This document shows positions 23,380-37,639 of a stretch of DNA of 64,000 nucleotides, piece after piece. Source of the stretch: Calcarisporiella thermophila CBS 279.70 (Eukaryota > Fungi > Calcarisporiellomycota); NCBI RefSeq assembly GCF_041956535.1, contig NW_027192194.1, positions 217,444-281,443 of the forward strand. Direction: 5' to 3'. The notes below the pieces were generated by a model. The model was not told the DNA's origin. It ran no database searches and saw nothing but the letters and a program-made list of their open reading frames with translations. How positions within the stretch are numbered: position 1 is the first letter of the stretch; every line of letters begins with the position of its first letter. The position numbers and the translations under genes were made by a program.

Positions 23380-25935
23380 TTATGCTTTCACTCCATTCTC
23401 AGCTGGTGCTTCCATCCCGTTTCCATTTGCTTTCTCCACCCTGCCCTTGAGCTGTGCTTGAAGCTTGGCAATCTCGCCGTCTCTTGCCTTCAATCCCTCT
23501 TCACGCTCCACAAGTTGTTTTTTCAGCGCATCAATCACGTTGTTTGCCACCAGCAATTTCTTGGAATCGGTAGCACTTTTGTCGAGCTGATCCTTGAGTG
23601 AGACAATTTCCTCCTCTTTGGCCTTGAGCTCGGCCGCATGCCCGACAGCTGCTTCCTTTATGACTTCCGCATCCGCGAGTTTCTGTTTGAGCTCGTCAAT
23701 CTCCTTGGCCATTGATTCCAGCTCGCTAGTATCGTTGGCCATCTTGTCAAGCTGGGCCTTTGCATCTTGGATTTCTTGTTCACGCGCTGCCAAGAGCTCC
23801 TTGGTCGATTCAAAGTCGGCGAGCTTGCCTTCAAGCGTCTCAATCTCCTTTGCCATCGTCGAACATTTTGTTGTCGCATCTTTAAGCTCATCGAGTTTAG
23901 CCTTGATGGTGGAGACTTCATCGTGTTTGAGCTTGAGCTCACTTTCGCGAGCAGCAAGTGTTTCCTTAAGAGTCTCCAGCTCCGACAGGCTGGCCTTGAG
24001 GGCATCTAGCTCTTTTGCCGCCGCCGTTAGGGCCTCAATCTCTGCGTTTTTCCGTTCAATCTCGGTTTTGATGGAGGCGAGCTCGTCGTCCTTGGCCTTG
24101 TTCTCCTTCTCGAGCTTCACAACGGTGTCCCTGGCGGCATCGGAGGCAGCAAGCTGACTCTTGAGCGTATCGATTTCGGCTATTTTCTCATTAAGCTGGT
24201 CTTTCACAGTGGAGAGCTCGCCCTCCTTGCCCTCAAGCTCGCTTGCACGAGAGGCCAGCGACTCCTTTGCCACCTCCAACTCGGCTAGTTTTTCCTTGAG
24301 CCCATCCACCTCCGTAACCTTCTCGTCCAATTTGGATTTGTACATGGTCAATTCTCCGATTTGCGAGTTAAGCTTAGCAATCTTGGCATCCTGCTCCGCC
24401 AATCGCTCCTCAGATTTGCGCAGCAAATTCTCTTTCTCCTCGGTTCCTGCCCTCAGTGCCTCCGCCTGTTTCTTCGCATTTTCCAACTGGCGCTCAGCCT
24501 CCTCGATATGCTCGCGCGCCTTCTTCTCGAGTTGCTCTGTTTCACGCGCGCGCTCAACCAAATTGGCATTCTCGTCGCTCAGCGTGGTCATACGCTGCTC
24601 AAGCTCTGCAGCAACCTTCATGGATTCCTGCAGCTCGTTGTTCAAGTTCTCAACCTCGGCCTCTTTCTGCACAAGCTGTTGCAGGAGAAGGTCATTGTCC
24701 CGAGTCATACGCTCGGCACTGCGCAAAATGCGTTGGTTCTCGAGCAGTTGCCGAGAGAGCACCTCCTTTTCATTGTAAAGCGCGAGCTTCTGCTGCTGGA
24801 CTTGATCGAGCGCTTGCGCAAGTTGGGTCACTCGCGTCTCGAGCTCGGCTGCATCCAGCCGGGATTGCTCTTCCTGTTTAGCGAGTTCAACGCTTGCTGC
24901 AAGTTTCTTTGCATTTTCCTGCTCAGCAGAGAGTTGCTTGTAGAGTAGCTGGTTGCTGTACGTCAGAGTTGACACTGTGGACTCAAGCTCGCGGTACTTG
25001 GATTCGAGTGTCTGATAGGCACTCTGGGACGTTTTGTATTGCTCGGCAGCATGCTGGGCGCGGCTCTGGAGAAGAGATACCTCGCCACTAAGCTTCTCAT
25101 TATTCAGAGTAACTTGCTTAAGTGCCGCATCCCGCTCCTTCAGTTCGTGGCGGAGTTGCTTGAGTTCGCTTGAATTGATCGAGGGCTCGGGGGCAGTAAC
25201 AGCTGCAGCTTTGTTGTCGATTCCTTGGCTTTGCGCTGAGGATTCGGAGGAAGCAGCGGGGACCACCTTCGTATTCTCGGCCTTGCTCTTGGCTGTTTCC
25301 TCCTGTGGCTGAGTGGAAATCTCCTTGGGTACTGGTGTCTGTTTTTCAACCGCAGTTTCGACTTTTTTTACCGGTATGGGTTCGATATTTTTTGCAGTGT
25401 CAACCGTGGTATCACGCGCCTCCTTACTCTCTTCAACTGTCTCTGTTGTCAGAATTGATTTACTCAGAGCAACGGTCGTTTTCTTCGCGTTCGTACCGGC
25501 CTTCTTCTCCTTCTTCTTCTGCTTACCGTCTTTCTTCGCAGCCGCAAGGGGGATAGCTTTTTCCGCATTCTCCAACAATGCAAACAAGTTACCGCTGGCA
25601 ACCTTGGCATCCATTGTTTGCAATGGCACAGGAGCAGAACCCTCCGCAGAATTACTAGTCGATGTGCCCACTTCCTCTATTTTCCGTTTCTTGGTCACGT
25701 GGGTCGAAGGTTGTCGCTTCACCGCGGCCCGGTTGACAGGCAGAGCGTTCGATTTCTTCGGTGGGGCCTTCTTTGAACCCTTTGAGGATTCAGTTTTCAA
25801 GAGTTCGGCATAAGCGTCCTCGGCTTGCTTCTTGCGAAGAGCCTCTTGTTGTGGCTTCACGATATTGAGCCAGACGTAAAGAGCAAGAGGGACACCAAAG
25901 GCGAGAATAGAGACAATAAGCGTGTAGAGATCCAT
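23380..25935 (-). CDS. N-terminally membrane-anchored long coiled-coil protein (intronless, about 850 aa)
   Basis: TM segment MDLYTLIVSILAFGVPLALYVWL, a Lys-rich linker, then about 580 aa of E/K/L/A heptads with degenerate internal repeats. Confidence 0.85.
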   Translation of the reverse strand: MDLYTLIVSILAFGVPLALYVWLNIVKPQQEALRKKQAEDAYAELLKTESSKGSKKAPPKKSNALPVNRAAVKRQPSTHVTKKRKIEEVGTSTSNSAEGSAPVPLQTMDAKVASGNLFALLENAEKAIPLAAAKKDGKQKKKEKKAGTNAKKTTVALSKSILTTETVEESKEARDTTVDTAKNIEPIPVKKVETAVEKQTPVPKEISTQPQEETAKSKAENTKVVPAASSESSAQSQGIDNKAAAVTAPEPSINSSELKQLRHELKERDAALKQVTLNNEKLSGEVSLLQSRAQHAAEQYKTSQSAYQTLESKYRELESTVSTLTYSNQLLYKQLSAEQENAKKLAASVELAKQEEQSRLDAAELETRVTQLAQALDQVQQQKLALYNEKEVLSRQLLENQRILRSAERMTRDNDLLLQQLVQKEAEVENLNNELQESMKVAAELEQRMTTLSDENANLVERARETEQLEKKAREHIEEAERQLENAKKQAEALRAGTEEKENLLRKSEERLAEQDAKIAKLNSQIGELTMYKSKLDEKVTEVDGLKEKLAELEVAKESLASRASELEGKEGELSTVKDQLNEKIAEIDTLKSQLAASDAARDTVVKLEKENKAKDDELASIKTEIERKNAEIEALTAAAKELDALKASLSELETLKETLAARESELKLKHDEVSTIKAKLDELKDATTKCSTMAKEIETLEGKLADFESTKELLAAREQEIQDAKAQLDKMANDTSELESMAKEIDELKQKLADAEVIKEAAVGHAAELKAKEEEIVSLKDQLDKSATDSKKLLVANNVIDALKKQLVEREEGLKARDGEIAKLQAQLKGRVEKANGNGMEAPAENGVKA

Positions 25936-26247
25936 GAGGGGGGGAATAAAAAAAAGGAGGGGAGGAATGGAGTTAGAAAGAACGAGAAAATGAAATAAAA
26001 AAATTTGATGGGGTGGGCTCAATTGGGAAAAAGAAACAAAAAGTTAACGTTACGTGAAGTATATATAAAAAAATGCTAAAACGAAAACAAACTCCTGGAC
26101 AAATATCCCTTTAAAGATAGCCATGGATATTTTTTATTTAACTTAATTAGACTGCATTTTTTTATTGAATTATTTCAAGGGTGTTTGGCATTTTTTCTTC
26201 GGTACTAAGCGAAATTTTGTTTATTCATCACTTGGTTTCCTGAAAGG

Positions 26248-26959
26248 ATGCCCGATAAAATGCTACAAAAGTCACCCGAGACTATCCCCGATTCTTTTGG
26301 TGATATCATGAGTGCGCGCGAGACGCACCTCTCGCTGCCACCTGAATTTACTGGTCTTGAGCGTATTGTATTGACAGCTAATGGAAACTTACAAAGAATA
26401 CTGAGGTACGTCGTTCTATATTGCATCTCGTAAGCAAATGAAATAAACATTGCATGTCCTTGATAATAGTGCATACTACTGTGCGCCCGTTACTGTTCAG
26501 ATACTCTATAACCGCCCACTTATCCCCGATAATGCGGACACCCCGACTAGTATATCCTCCTCCGATGACGACAATGTAATACCCAAGAAAAATATTCTTC
26601 AGCGCTATCGCCGTGCTGTTAATCTTCTTGTTCGTCAAAAAATCGTTTGCCATGCGACAAGCTGCGTTACAATCACTTCCTCTCACATATTGCACCTGGT
26701 GCGAGATAGAGGAGTCGGGATTGGGCAACTTTTTCGGTACATGGACAAGCTACCCGAGTTTGAGCTTTTGAGGGCTGGAAAATCGATAAATGAGGGTCGA
26801 TTCTGGAGAGTATATAGGCTTTCTATGGATGGGGTCGAGTGTAAGATCAAGGAGAATTTTTCGAGCGACATGTTTGAAGAAGGATGGCTGAATAGACCTG
26901 GAATAGAGCTAATGGGGGGAGAAGAGGATGAAGAAATCAAGAACATTCTCTTCTCGTAA
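26248..26959 (+). CDS. Chorismate pyruvate-lyase-like protein (UbiC/Rv2949c/DUF98 fold); intron at 26406-26469
   Basis: LERIVLTANGNLQRILSAYYCAPVTV..RRAVNL..HATS..GIGQL..WRVYRL..IKENF follows the order of DUF98-type motifs as recalled. Confidence 0.6.
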
Positions 26960-27209
26960 TTTCCTATATACCTTGGCATTGAATCATTATTAAGCATGGT
27001 TGACTGTATAATAGAGTACTTTGTGCAACGTATGGAAAGATGGTTATTTGTTAACATGGGACAATTGGTCGACAATAATATGATAACTTAATGCAATCAA
27101 GACAGAAAGAATTGACAGTTGAGACAAAAAAAATGAGTGAAGAATTGAAGATCCAAACAATTAAATAATTACGAATCTACATAATGCAAATACTACGTGG
27201 TAAGAATAA

Positions 27210-28455
27210 TCAACGCGAAATTGCTGAAATCATCCATTTTTGGATCAGCAGTCTTCGATCCGCCAACCTTATCCTTGCAAATACTTTAAGCATCATTTGC
27301 CAGAGGAGGTCCAGGATTCGTCTTCTAAGAATCAGCATCAAAATTAGCCAGAAAATTCCGTGCCATCGTAATGATACTCGTATAATGCGCTGTACAGTAT
27401 TAATGGCCATATAATGGGCATGGGCGAAAGCGTTGGACACAGTCAGAGATTGAGAGAAAATAGGCACGCGACGACGCGGAAGAGTACCAACTCTTGTTGC
27501 AGTGGAGGATGAGCTTTGGTGGCCATCTACCAATATCTTGCTGTCCGGTTTCAAGGGCAACAGATTTCCAGTAGAATTAACTCTTGATTCTGATAAAGAT
27601 CTATTTATCTCTTGGTGGTGTTCTATTATATCTAGTGAACTATCCTCCCGCGTTGACTGAATCTGCTCCAAATAAGCGCCCCTTCTTTCAACCTGCTGCT
27701 GAATTTCGTGCGGTTTCTGGGTCACATTTAGAAGTGCAGGCCCTCTCCTATCTCCTACTGTACTTGTGGAATGGTTTTGTGATACTTCCGGCCTCGAGTC
27801 TATTACGATTGTTGGTAAGTTGCCTTGTTGATGCATAGGAGAGTTTATAGTCGGCTCCACCTCTTGGTTTTTTTCGGTGCGCTCAATGTCGCTGAGCGTA
27901 CCCAATTCCAATTTGTATGGTAATCTGCTCTGCTGCTGTGTTATTCGATCCGCCAAGAAGGCTGTAGTCCCGCCTCCTTTTACTTGAAACCGCGAAAAAG
28001 CAAGCGGATATAAAGGAGCAAGCGTGGATGGAATACCGGCAGTAGGTTTTGGGAAAATGCGGGCTAATGCTGTTGGACTGAATTTGGGTGAAAGCAGCGG
28101 AGACTGGGACGGAGTAAAATATGGACTGGATAAGGATGAGGAGGCGTCATGGAAGGTATCTTCACAGGAGACAGATGAATTGGAAGATGATCGACTGAGG
28201 GAAGGGGGATAGAGAAGGTGAGGGGGTTTAATGAATACGGATGGGGGTATGATTGCCGTGGGCTGATCTGTTTTTGCACTTGCTTTTCCTTCATCTTCAG
28301 TGTCAATGTCACCGAGAGCTATAAACGGTTTATCATAAGATTAGGTACAAGTAAATAGGATCGAAATAGAAAGATGAGAATCAACCTAATAGATCACCAT
28401 TGACATCTGGTAATGCTTGACGATGAGATTCTACAGAACCTCGCCCAGGGTTCAT
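27210..28455 (-). CDS. Hypothetical Ser/Pro-rich protein with a hydrophobic/basic C-terminus (possible tail anchor, 2 exons)
   Basis: The ATG exon at 28455 splices in frame into the long ORF ending at 27210. C-terminal WHGIFWLILMLILRRR. No family recognised. Confidence 0.6.
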
Positions 28456-28676
28456 CTTATTGATGCTCTATTTTGTTTGAAACAACGGAATGAAATATTT
28501 TGCATATAAGAAAAAGAAGCAAAAGTGCTTTATTTTTCAGGAGAGAGCGGCAAACTCGTTGGGTTCAAAAGTCGTGACAGGACGAAACCATGATTTGTGT
28601 CAGATGTCTGAAATTTTTTTGTTGCTAGATCATATCTATCGCGAATCATTTCTTGGTGAATTCAAGTGCAAAAAAA

Positions 28677-31600
28677 ATGTCAGATGGAAAACGAGAAGAA
28701 GACCGGCGCGAAGAAGATAGCCAGATAACTAGCAAATCAGATTCAGAAGGTTCGATTATTGTGGCAGCAGATGATAGCATAGACAAACCAAAATCGGATG
28801 AGGAAGATAAGGAGAGTGAAGAAATTTCAGAAGAAGAGGATGCGTCCGATGGTGAATATGAAGAAGACGAAGAGCCTAAATTTAAGTATCAGAGATTGAT
28901 GGGAAATGGTCTGCAAGAGTTGCTCAAAAAAGATGCGGCCAGTGTGTTGACAGTTACAGATCGATTTCTTGTAAGCCATTTACACTGCTGACTTTTGTCC
29001 TAGGTCAAATATAACTTCCTTACTAGGCGCTCGGAACTCACTGGGGCACCGTGTCCATTCTGGATTTCGAAGGAGACGAAATCAAGAAATTCGCATGTCA
29101 TTCTGCTACTGTTAATGATCTCTCTATTGACGCAGCCGGAGAGTATGTGGCAAGCGCGTCAGTAGACGGAAAAGTCGTAATTAACGCGTTGTATTCCGAC
29201 GAGCTGGCTACTTTCAATTTCCGGCGGCCCATGAAGAGTGTTGCATTGGATCCAGATTACAGGACGACAAAGCAATTTGTCTGCGGTGGAATGTCGGAGC
29301 AACTTATAATGAATGAAAAAAGTTTGTGACTAACATTTCATTCCAACGGGTGTGTGGTGTTGACATATTAATTAACTCTTTAAATCAGGCTGGCTCGGAC
29401 AAACCAAGGGCCGTGTTTTACATAGTGGCGAAGGACCTATTTATGCTATTGAATGGAGAAAACATTTTATAGCTTGGGCAAACGACCTTGTATGTCGCAA
29501 ATTCTTCTACTTATTTCCCGTTTCTAAATAGTAGTGCATTTGTGCATAGGGAGTGAAAATATTCGACACTCGTAGTAATCAACGCATTACTTACATCGAC
29601 AGGGCTCCTGATAGTCCTCGCCCGGACTTATACCGCTGTCATCTTAAATGGCGTGATGATTCAACATTGCTGATCGGATGGGCTAGCCATGTGAAGGTTG
29701 CGGTTATAAAAGTATTATCAGATATCGCAAAGTAGTTAAGCTTCAAGTATTCTCAAAGTGTACTTTGTTTCGCTTCAGGAAACACCAAAGGGTATGCAAG
29801 CTCAAGGGATGCCATCACATTATGCAGAAATCGTAATGATGTAGATATTTCGTTTCATCGCTATATTTTTGCAAAATTACCCTCAAACCCATTTTAATCT
29901 CGCTCATGGTATATAGGTTCCAAACCGACTTTATTATTTGTGGGCTCGCTCCTTTTAATGATATGCTTGTGGTACTTGCTTATGTCATTGAGGAAGAGGA
30001 GTCAACAGACATTGACCCGCATGGTCGAAGGGTATTCATTATATTTAATTTTATCGAAACATTTCGATAGATCAATTTTGATTTTATTAGCCTGCACAGC
30101 GCCCTGAACTTCGAATTATTAACAAAGACAATGAGGAAATTTCAAGCGATGCTCTTTCAGTGCATAATTATGCGCTTTATCAGGTTAACAAGCCTACTTT
30201 AAATGTATTAGAATTAAAGCATAAACTAACGATGCTGATTAGGCCAACGATTATTTGCTTAATTTTGTTTCTTCTGAGGATATGTTCTATGTCTTGTCTC
30301 CTAAGGATGTCGTGGTAGTGCGCCCGTGCGACCTTGATGACCATATTACATGGCTACTTGATAAGGAGGAGTATGAGGAGGCACTCGTAGCGTTACAAGA
30401 TGCCCACGTAACTGGTGGAAGTAAAAGGTTTACTGTGAAAGAGATTGGGCAAAAATATCTAGAGTGGTTAATTGAAAATGGTATGTGAATGAAATAGGTT
30501 TTTTGGTTTTTTTGTAAACTTATTTTTTTTTTCCGAGCAGGTGAATTCGATAAGGCTGCAGAGGTTTGCTCAAAGGTTTTAGGCTCGGATAAGCAGTTAT
30601 GGGAACAATGGATATTTACATTCGGCGAAATGAAACAGTTGAAGGTACTATTACTTCCTGAACCTATATCGGGAGCCCAATGCTCTAACGCAGGGAAAAA
30701 TAGGCTATTGCACCATACATCCCGATTGAAAATCCACAATTGACTAGTACTGTTTACGAGATGGTGCTCGCATTCTTTTTAAACCATGATCATCAAGTAT
30801 GATAGTATTTGAATATAAAAATTATTTCATTTTATGCTAAATCTTCCAATTACCTTTCCCTCCTTTAGGCACTATATAATACAATCGAAAACTGGCCCGC
30901 TTCGCTCTATAACCTAGACAGTGTTATCGTTGCAGTTCGAGATGTGCTTGCCCGCGATCGAAATAATAAATTGTTGATGCAATCCTTAGCAGAACTGTGA
31001 GATTATGCAATACCGTTAAAAGTAAAAATATGGAGTATTTCATTTTTCTTGCTTTTTTAGGTATACCCTTAGCAATCAACTTGATAAAGCGTTGGAATAC
31101 AACCTGCGCTTACGGCGTCCTCAATCATTTGATCTAATACGAAAATATAACATGTATCCTGCTATTCGCGACAAAGCCATGCTTCTCATGGATTTTGACG
31201 CCTATGTATTTGAAGCCGAAGAAAGCCCCAACGAGGATGGTGTGACAGATGAGCGACCGAAAAGGCGGGAGATTGATATGCCAGCTGTGCAGTTATTAGT
31301 ACAAAACACAGATGCAATTCCACCGAAACGAGTGGTGGAGCAACTTCGAAACAATTCCAGATATCTTCACACCTATCTTGACGCGTTATTTGAACGTGAT
31401 CCACATCTTGGATTGGAATTCCACGACGAACAAGTTGAATTATATGCAGAATATGACTATACAAAACTGCTTCCTTTTTTGAGACGCAGCAATTTCTACA
31501 ATTTGGAAAAGGCCTATTTAGTCTGTGAAACTAGGGACTTAGTGCCAGAGATGGTATTTTTACTAGGCCGAATGGGCAATAACAAAAAGGCGCTGGGACT

Positions 31601-32696
31601 GATTATTGAACGCTTAGGAGATGTTCAAAGGGTAAGGGCCTGTTTTTAAAGTCTTTTGCGCGCAGGATATATCACAATTTATTTTTTTAAGGCAATTGAT
31701 TTTGCAAAAGAGCAAAATGACGAGGATTTGTGGGAAGATTTGGTACGATATTCTCTAGATAAACCATGTAAGCACACATTATCACTGAAACATTTCCGAT
31801 CATATTTAATAATACGATTACTATTCGGCACGTAGTATTCATTAAAGGACTATTGCTAAGCGTCGGGACAGAGATTGATCGCATTCAACTAATTCGACGG
31901 ATTCCTGATGGGCTCGAAATACCCGATTTGATAGATACACTCACTAAGGTGCTACAGGACTACAATCTACAGGTTAGTCCATAACCATGTGCGATTCTGA
32001 GACCTCCCTTAACATTAATTTATTCCTAACAGGTCTCACTGCGCAAGGATTGCGAGCGCATCTTGGTTTCAGATAGCGTCACGTTAGCGAACCGTCTTCA
32101 CAAATATCAACGGAGAGGATTTGCTGTAAACGGTACAAGAAAATTAAGCTCCTAGCGTTTATATTAGTGATATTGATAAAATTCGTTTGATTCACCCATA
32201 TAGTGGAGGATATGAAGTGCGAAACCTGTCAAGATTATCTCAATACCAGCAGTAAGCCTTCGCCTTTCGTAGCCGTAAATATGTGGAGCATCTCATTAAC
32301 TATTTAATTTGGTTAGTGACAGATTCTCGACCGATTATCAAATTTTTCTGTCAGCACATTTATCATGAAAGTTGTCTACTTGAAGATACTTCCCGGCATA
32401 CATTTCCTGAACACCAGCCCTCTCGTGCTATTTTCTCCCACGCCAACAAAATTAATCACGCAACAATGGTTCGCACCCGTCGCCGCCTGCGATGTCCTCT
32501 TTGCGATGCTCAGGATCAGGCGCAAGGGAAAAAGCCACTAGATAAACCGGGTCCAACACGCTCTCTGGTTTCGCCCTCTATAGGAACAAGAAAGCCCGAA
32601 AGTTTTATGAGCGCAAGTAGTCGAGGAAGTGGTGCAGGAAGTGCAACACGAGAAGATGCATATTCATCTAGAATTTCACTAAATTTTACACGATAG
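28677..32696 (+). CDS. VPS41: HOPS complex subunit Vps41 (many short GT-AG introns)
   Basis: EEEPKFKYQRL, ALGTHWG, IAWAND|GVKIFD, LSPKDVVVVRP.DLDDHI.WL, clathrin-repeat HTYLDALF..VELYAEYD and a C-terminal RING-H2-like region. Confidence 0.95.
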
Positions 32697-33184
32697 GGCT
32701 AGAGCTGTTTTTATGAATTTTTTTTTATCCTTCACCTAATATATTCGTTTGGCTGTTTTGTTCTTTGTCTGGACCAATGTTGTAAAGGCTAATTTGTGCG
32801 AAGCTGAAGTGTTGTATGGTGGCAAAATGTGACTGCCGACAACTATTTCATAATTGTTCCAAAACTGACGATTGTCTTATTAAGGAAATGAAATATATAG
32901 CTTAATTTTTACACAAAATAAACAAAACTGCAGTTAGGATATTTGTTTTCCACTCGTTATAACGAATGTTATACAAAGGAAAATCCACTGAGAGTTTCAC
33001 TTTTCGTTGCATTGCAATTCAGTGGTCCATCTTCTGGGTGTATATGACTCCAATCTTTGACTCTCTGATTTAATGATTGTTCCTTTTTTTTATTGAGATT
33101 TACAAGAGATATCTATTTTCATAATTTATCGCCTTATAAAATCGACTTTCTTTAATCTTTTGACATTAAGATTGAGTAGGTATT

Positions 33185-34291
33185 ATGAGCTCTACCTTTT
33201 CCTTTGCTTTATTTATCCTACTATTACTGTTCTGGCTGGACCAGAGTACTAGTGCCATTATATTTTCGATGAGGGGTAAATATAACCATAGTAGTGCAAT
33301 TTTCACTACAAGAGTATAGTTGCTAAAAGCCTCGACTATGTGTAGGATATATCAAAAATGTCAAAATTTTGCTTCCACGATCTGAATCTACGATCTCTCG
33401 TTTGCTATCCTCAACTTATGCGCCTCTGTCGTTGATAGCTAATTCTACCCAACAAGGCTGCATTGTAGATTGCCCCATACCTTTATGCCCTTCCAACTGT
33501 CCAGCAGGTCAAACCTGTATATTTGTCACTCGTACCTGTGATACATGCTCGAAAGCTATCTGCCTTGCCACAGAATCCGGAGGAAATGAGGGGAGGGACT
33601 CTAACTTATTACCCGGGGTGATTGGAGGTGGGGTAGGTCTGGTTGTGGTGGCAATAGCTGTGTATGTATGGAAAAGATATAGTGGTCAAAAGGAAAAGGG
33701 TGTTAGCAATTCAGCGTGGTGGAGCAAAAAGACAGATCGCAAAATTTATAAAGGAAATATTACAAATGGAAAGGTAATAGGAAATATATTTATCAAGAAA
33801 CTGCTTTAGAAATTCGATGTTAATTTACGCGTTCTTAACTATATCTATAGACCTCCTCTTCGTCCGCTATAGTTACCATAGGATATACTCCATCTTCCTC
33901 TCCTCACTTCTCTTTATCTTCTTTGCATAATCAAGAGCATTTTCCACCCTTTCCTCCCAACCAACAGGCTTTATGCACAGATACAATCCTTATGAGAAAT
34001 CATACAGTTAATCTTCATAGTTTGCCGCCGATTTCAAACATAGAGCATGTGGAAAACGATCAAACACAGCCGAGGAAAGAGACTAGTGAAAATTCAATGT
34101 TGGATTCTGTTATCGGAGTGGATGAGTTGAAGTATTGGAAGATGTTAGGAACTAGTATGTTTTGTGACGAAAGCAACACAAAAGAGATAAACCTCGTGCC
34201 AACAAATACAGTGCACACGATAAGTATCCCCTCAGAAGAATGCAGTGGAATAAGACCGCGTACAACGAAAGATATACCAAACGGTATTTGA
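33185..34291 (+). CDS. Opy2-like single-pass membrane protein (3 exons)
   Basis: Signal peptide, 8-Cys motif CIVDCPIPLCPSNCPAGQTCIFVTRTCDTCSKAIC, TM GVIGGGVGLVVVAIAVYVW, and cytosolic IVTIGYTP resembling the Opy2 IPIAYIP motif. Confidence 0.7.
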
Positions 34292-34605
34292 TAGTTGCAG
34301 ACTAATTCCTAACACCATATTCTCATTTTCATCTATTATATATTTTTTTCTTCTATCTCTTTCGGTATATTATCGATCCCTATTCTCTCCTTATTATCGC
34401 TTTATTCCTTAACGCATAGCAAATAAAAAATTCTCTTGTACATCATTGACTATCCAATATATTTATATATAAAGCATTAAAAGGAAAAATTAGATGAAGT
34501 ATATACAAATTTTTTGTCTTTTGCTTATTAAACCCACAAATGCAAAATCCCAAAATAGAAACGCAAACCCAAGTGAATCAGAAATAAATAACACATGAAG
34601 AAGTG

Positions 34606-35796
34606 CTACAAAATGAAATCATTCTCAAAACAATCTACATTTTCTTCACCTTCTTCTTCATCAGTTTCATTTTCACCCATCTCCAATTCATCCCTCTCCA
34701 TGTTCAATGATAATTCCGGATTTTCATCCTTCCTATCTTCTTTAAGTGACTCTGCTACCTGCACTGAGTACTCGCTCTTTGCAATTTTAGTATACTTTGG
34801 GTCGCGAGGCCCATCACATGTCACCCTTAGATCCCGTCGTTCTACAACTCTACTGGCAAAAACAACACGTAACTGTTTGTGCAAATAAATTCTTCGACGA
34901 TCTGTGCAGCAAAATTGAGCATGAAGGGCATAGCATACTCCACCGGTGGGGGTCGCCGTGGTTTGCCGCAAGAAAGTCTTAGTTCCAGCGGGCATATCCG
35001 AAAAATCATAGGGCAATAAAAACACTTTCAACGCTGTTTTGTTTGGATTTTTGATCACTATCTGGAGTTGCCCACGGGGAGGCAGCTGATACCCAATATT
35101 TTGCCGAGGAATATGCGTTCCAAGATCCACGTGGCCAACGTATGGCGACTGGTCCTCATTACCAAGGGAGTAAAAATACGCGGGGAATAGGACAGTTATA
35201 TGGCCAGGACAGCGAAGATCATGTTTACATTTCCCATGACCTATGACTCCAATCTGGGCGATGAATGGGATGGAAGGAGAAGAGGGATGCATCGACATAC
35301 GACCGCTAAGCAGAGATTCCTAAAATAGACCAAATGTGATTGAGTACCCTAAATGAAAATGTAATTGCAAAGGTATATTAACCTCATAGCTCCCGACTAA
35401 GTTTCCAACCAATAACTCTCCGCTTCCCATCGAAGCACGTCTAAATCCTCGTACTCCCTGGCTATTCTTTTTGCAATCATCTTTTTTCAGATTGGTGAAT
35501 GGCGATACACTAAACCGTTGATTCCGCCTTTCCACAGTACTATCGCAAGCATTCTCATTTTTGATCCTGCGAATTGGGGTTTCGTATGGTGTCGAATCGG
35601 AATTTATCAGTCTGTGTGGGCCGGTATGGATGCAATATGGGTGATAGCCATTTGTAGAGTAGGTGTTGATAGTAGAATATGATTTTAGCTTAGGGGACCG
35701 CGAGCGGGATACCGTAAATTTGAAACTATCCGCGGATTTATTTGTCGGAGGTGGGGCGCAATCCAGAGGAATGGAATCAAAGGTGGGGGCCGGCAT
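34606..35796 (-). CDS. FAM214/Atos-like protein (DUF4210 + Chromosome_seg domains, 2 exons)
   Basis: LVGSYE|ESLLSGRMS, GQLQIVIKNPNKTALKVFLLPYDFSDMPAGTKTFLRQ and RIYLHKQLRVVF. Confidence 0.88.
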
Positions 35797-36383
35797 AATT
35801 TCAGAGAGGAGAGCAAAATACTAAAAGAAGTTAAGACACTGAGATTAGGACATGCTCCGGATATAGTGTGGTGGAAAAGAAATTGTATGTTCCCCATTTC
35901 TAATTTACTCACACAGAATTAAGATCTCTCAACTACCTCCTTAATTACAATTTCCCCACAACGACATAAATATTCTCCAATGACAAAAGTCACGAAGAAT
36001 AACTGTAGACTATGTTCCAGCACACACACTTTCTAAAACTTTTTCCTCGCTGTTTTATTGATCCCTTGTTGTTTGTAGAGGAGAGAATAATGTATCGGAA
36101 ATTGAAGAAAATTTTTATCGACGATAGGAACAGTCACACCCTAGCCATTTCATTCATTAAAGATAACATATATTGATGTTAATAGGAAATTATTTGTTAC
36201 TCAAGATAAAAAAAAGCAAAAAGGGATCGAGGTGATATATTCTTACACATATATAAAGAGGACAATAACAAAAGAGATTTATCTACATTGAAAAAGAAAT
36301 AAGAAAACAGTTAAAATTATCAAAAGGAGGCAAAAGAGAAAGCAAAATATAAAATAAAAAAATCTTCCGACAGCTCCAAAAGA

Positions 36384-37485
<1,102 letters not shown>

Positions 37486-37639
37486 GGTAAAGAGTGCAAA
37501 TTTCAAAAGATTTCAAAAGAAAAAAAAAAATACATATATATGAAATTAATGGTAACCTAACCTCTTTAAAGTCACGCTTTCTTTATTCTCAAACTCATTC
37601 GCGTCTAATATAAAGGTACCTTTGCCTGAATTTCGACTG

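Noticed and set aside
32808-32830. GTGTTGTATG resembling the U6atac 5' end
   Set aside because: The following sequence lacks the AAGGAGAG box.
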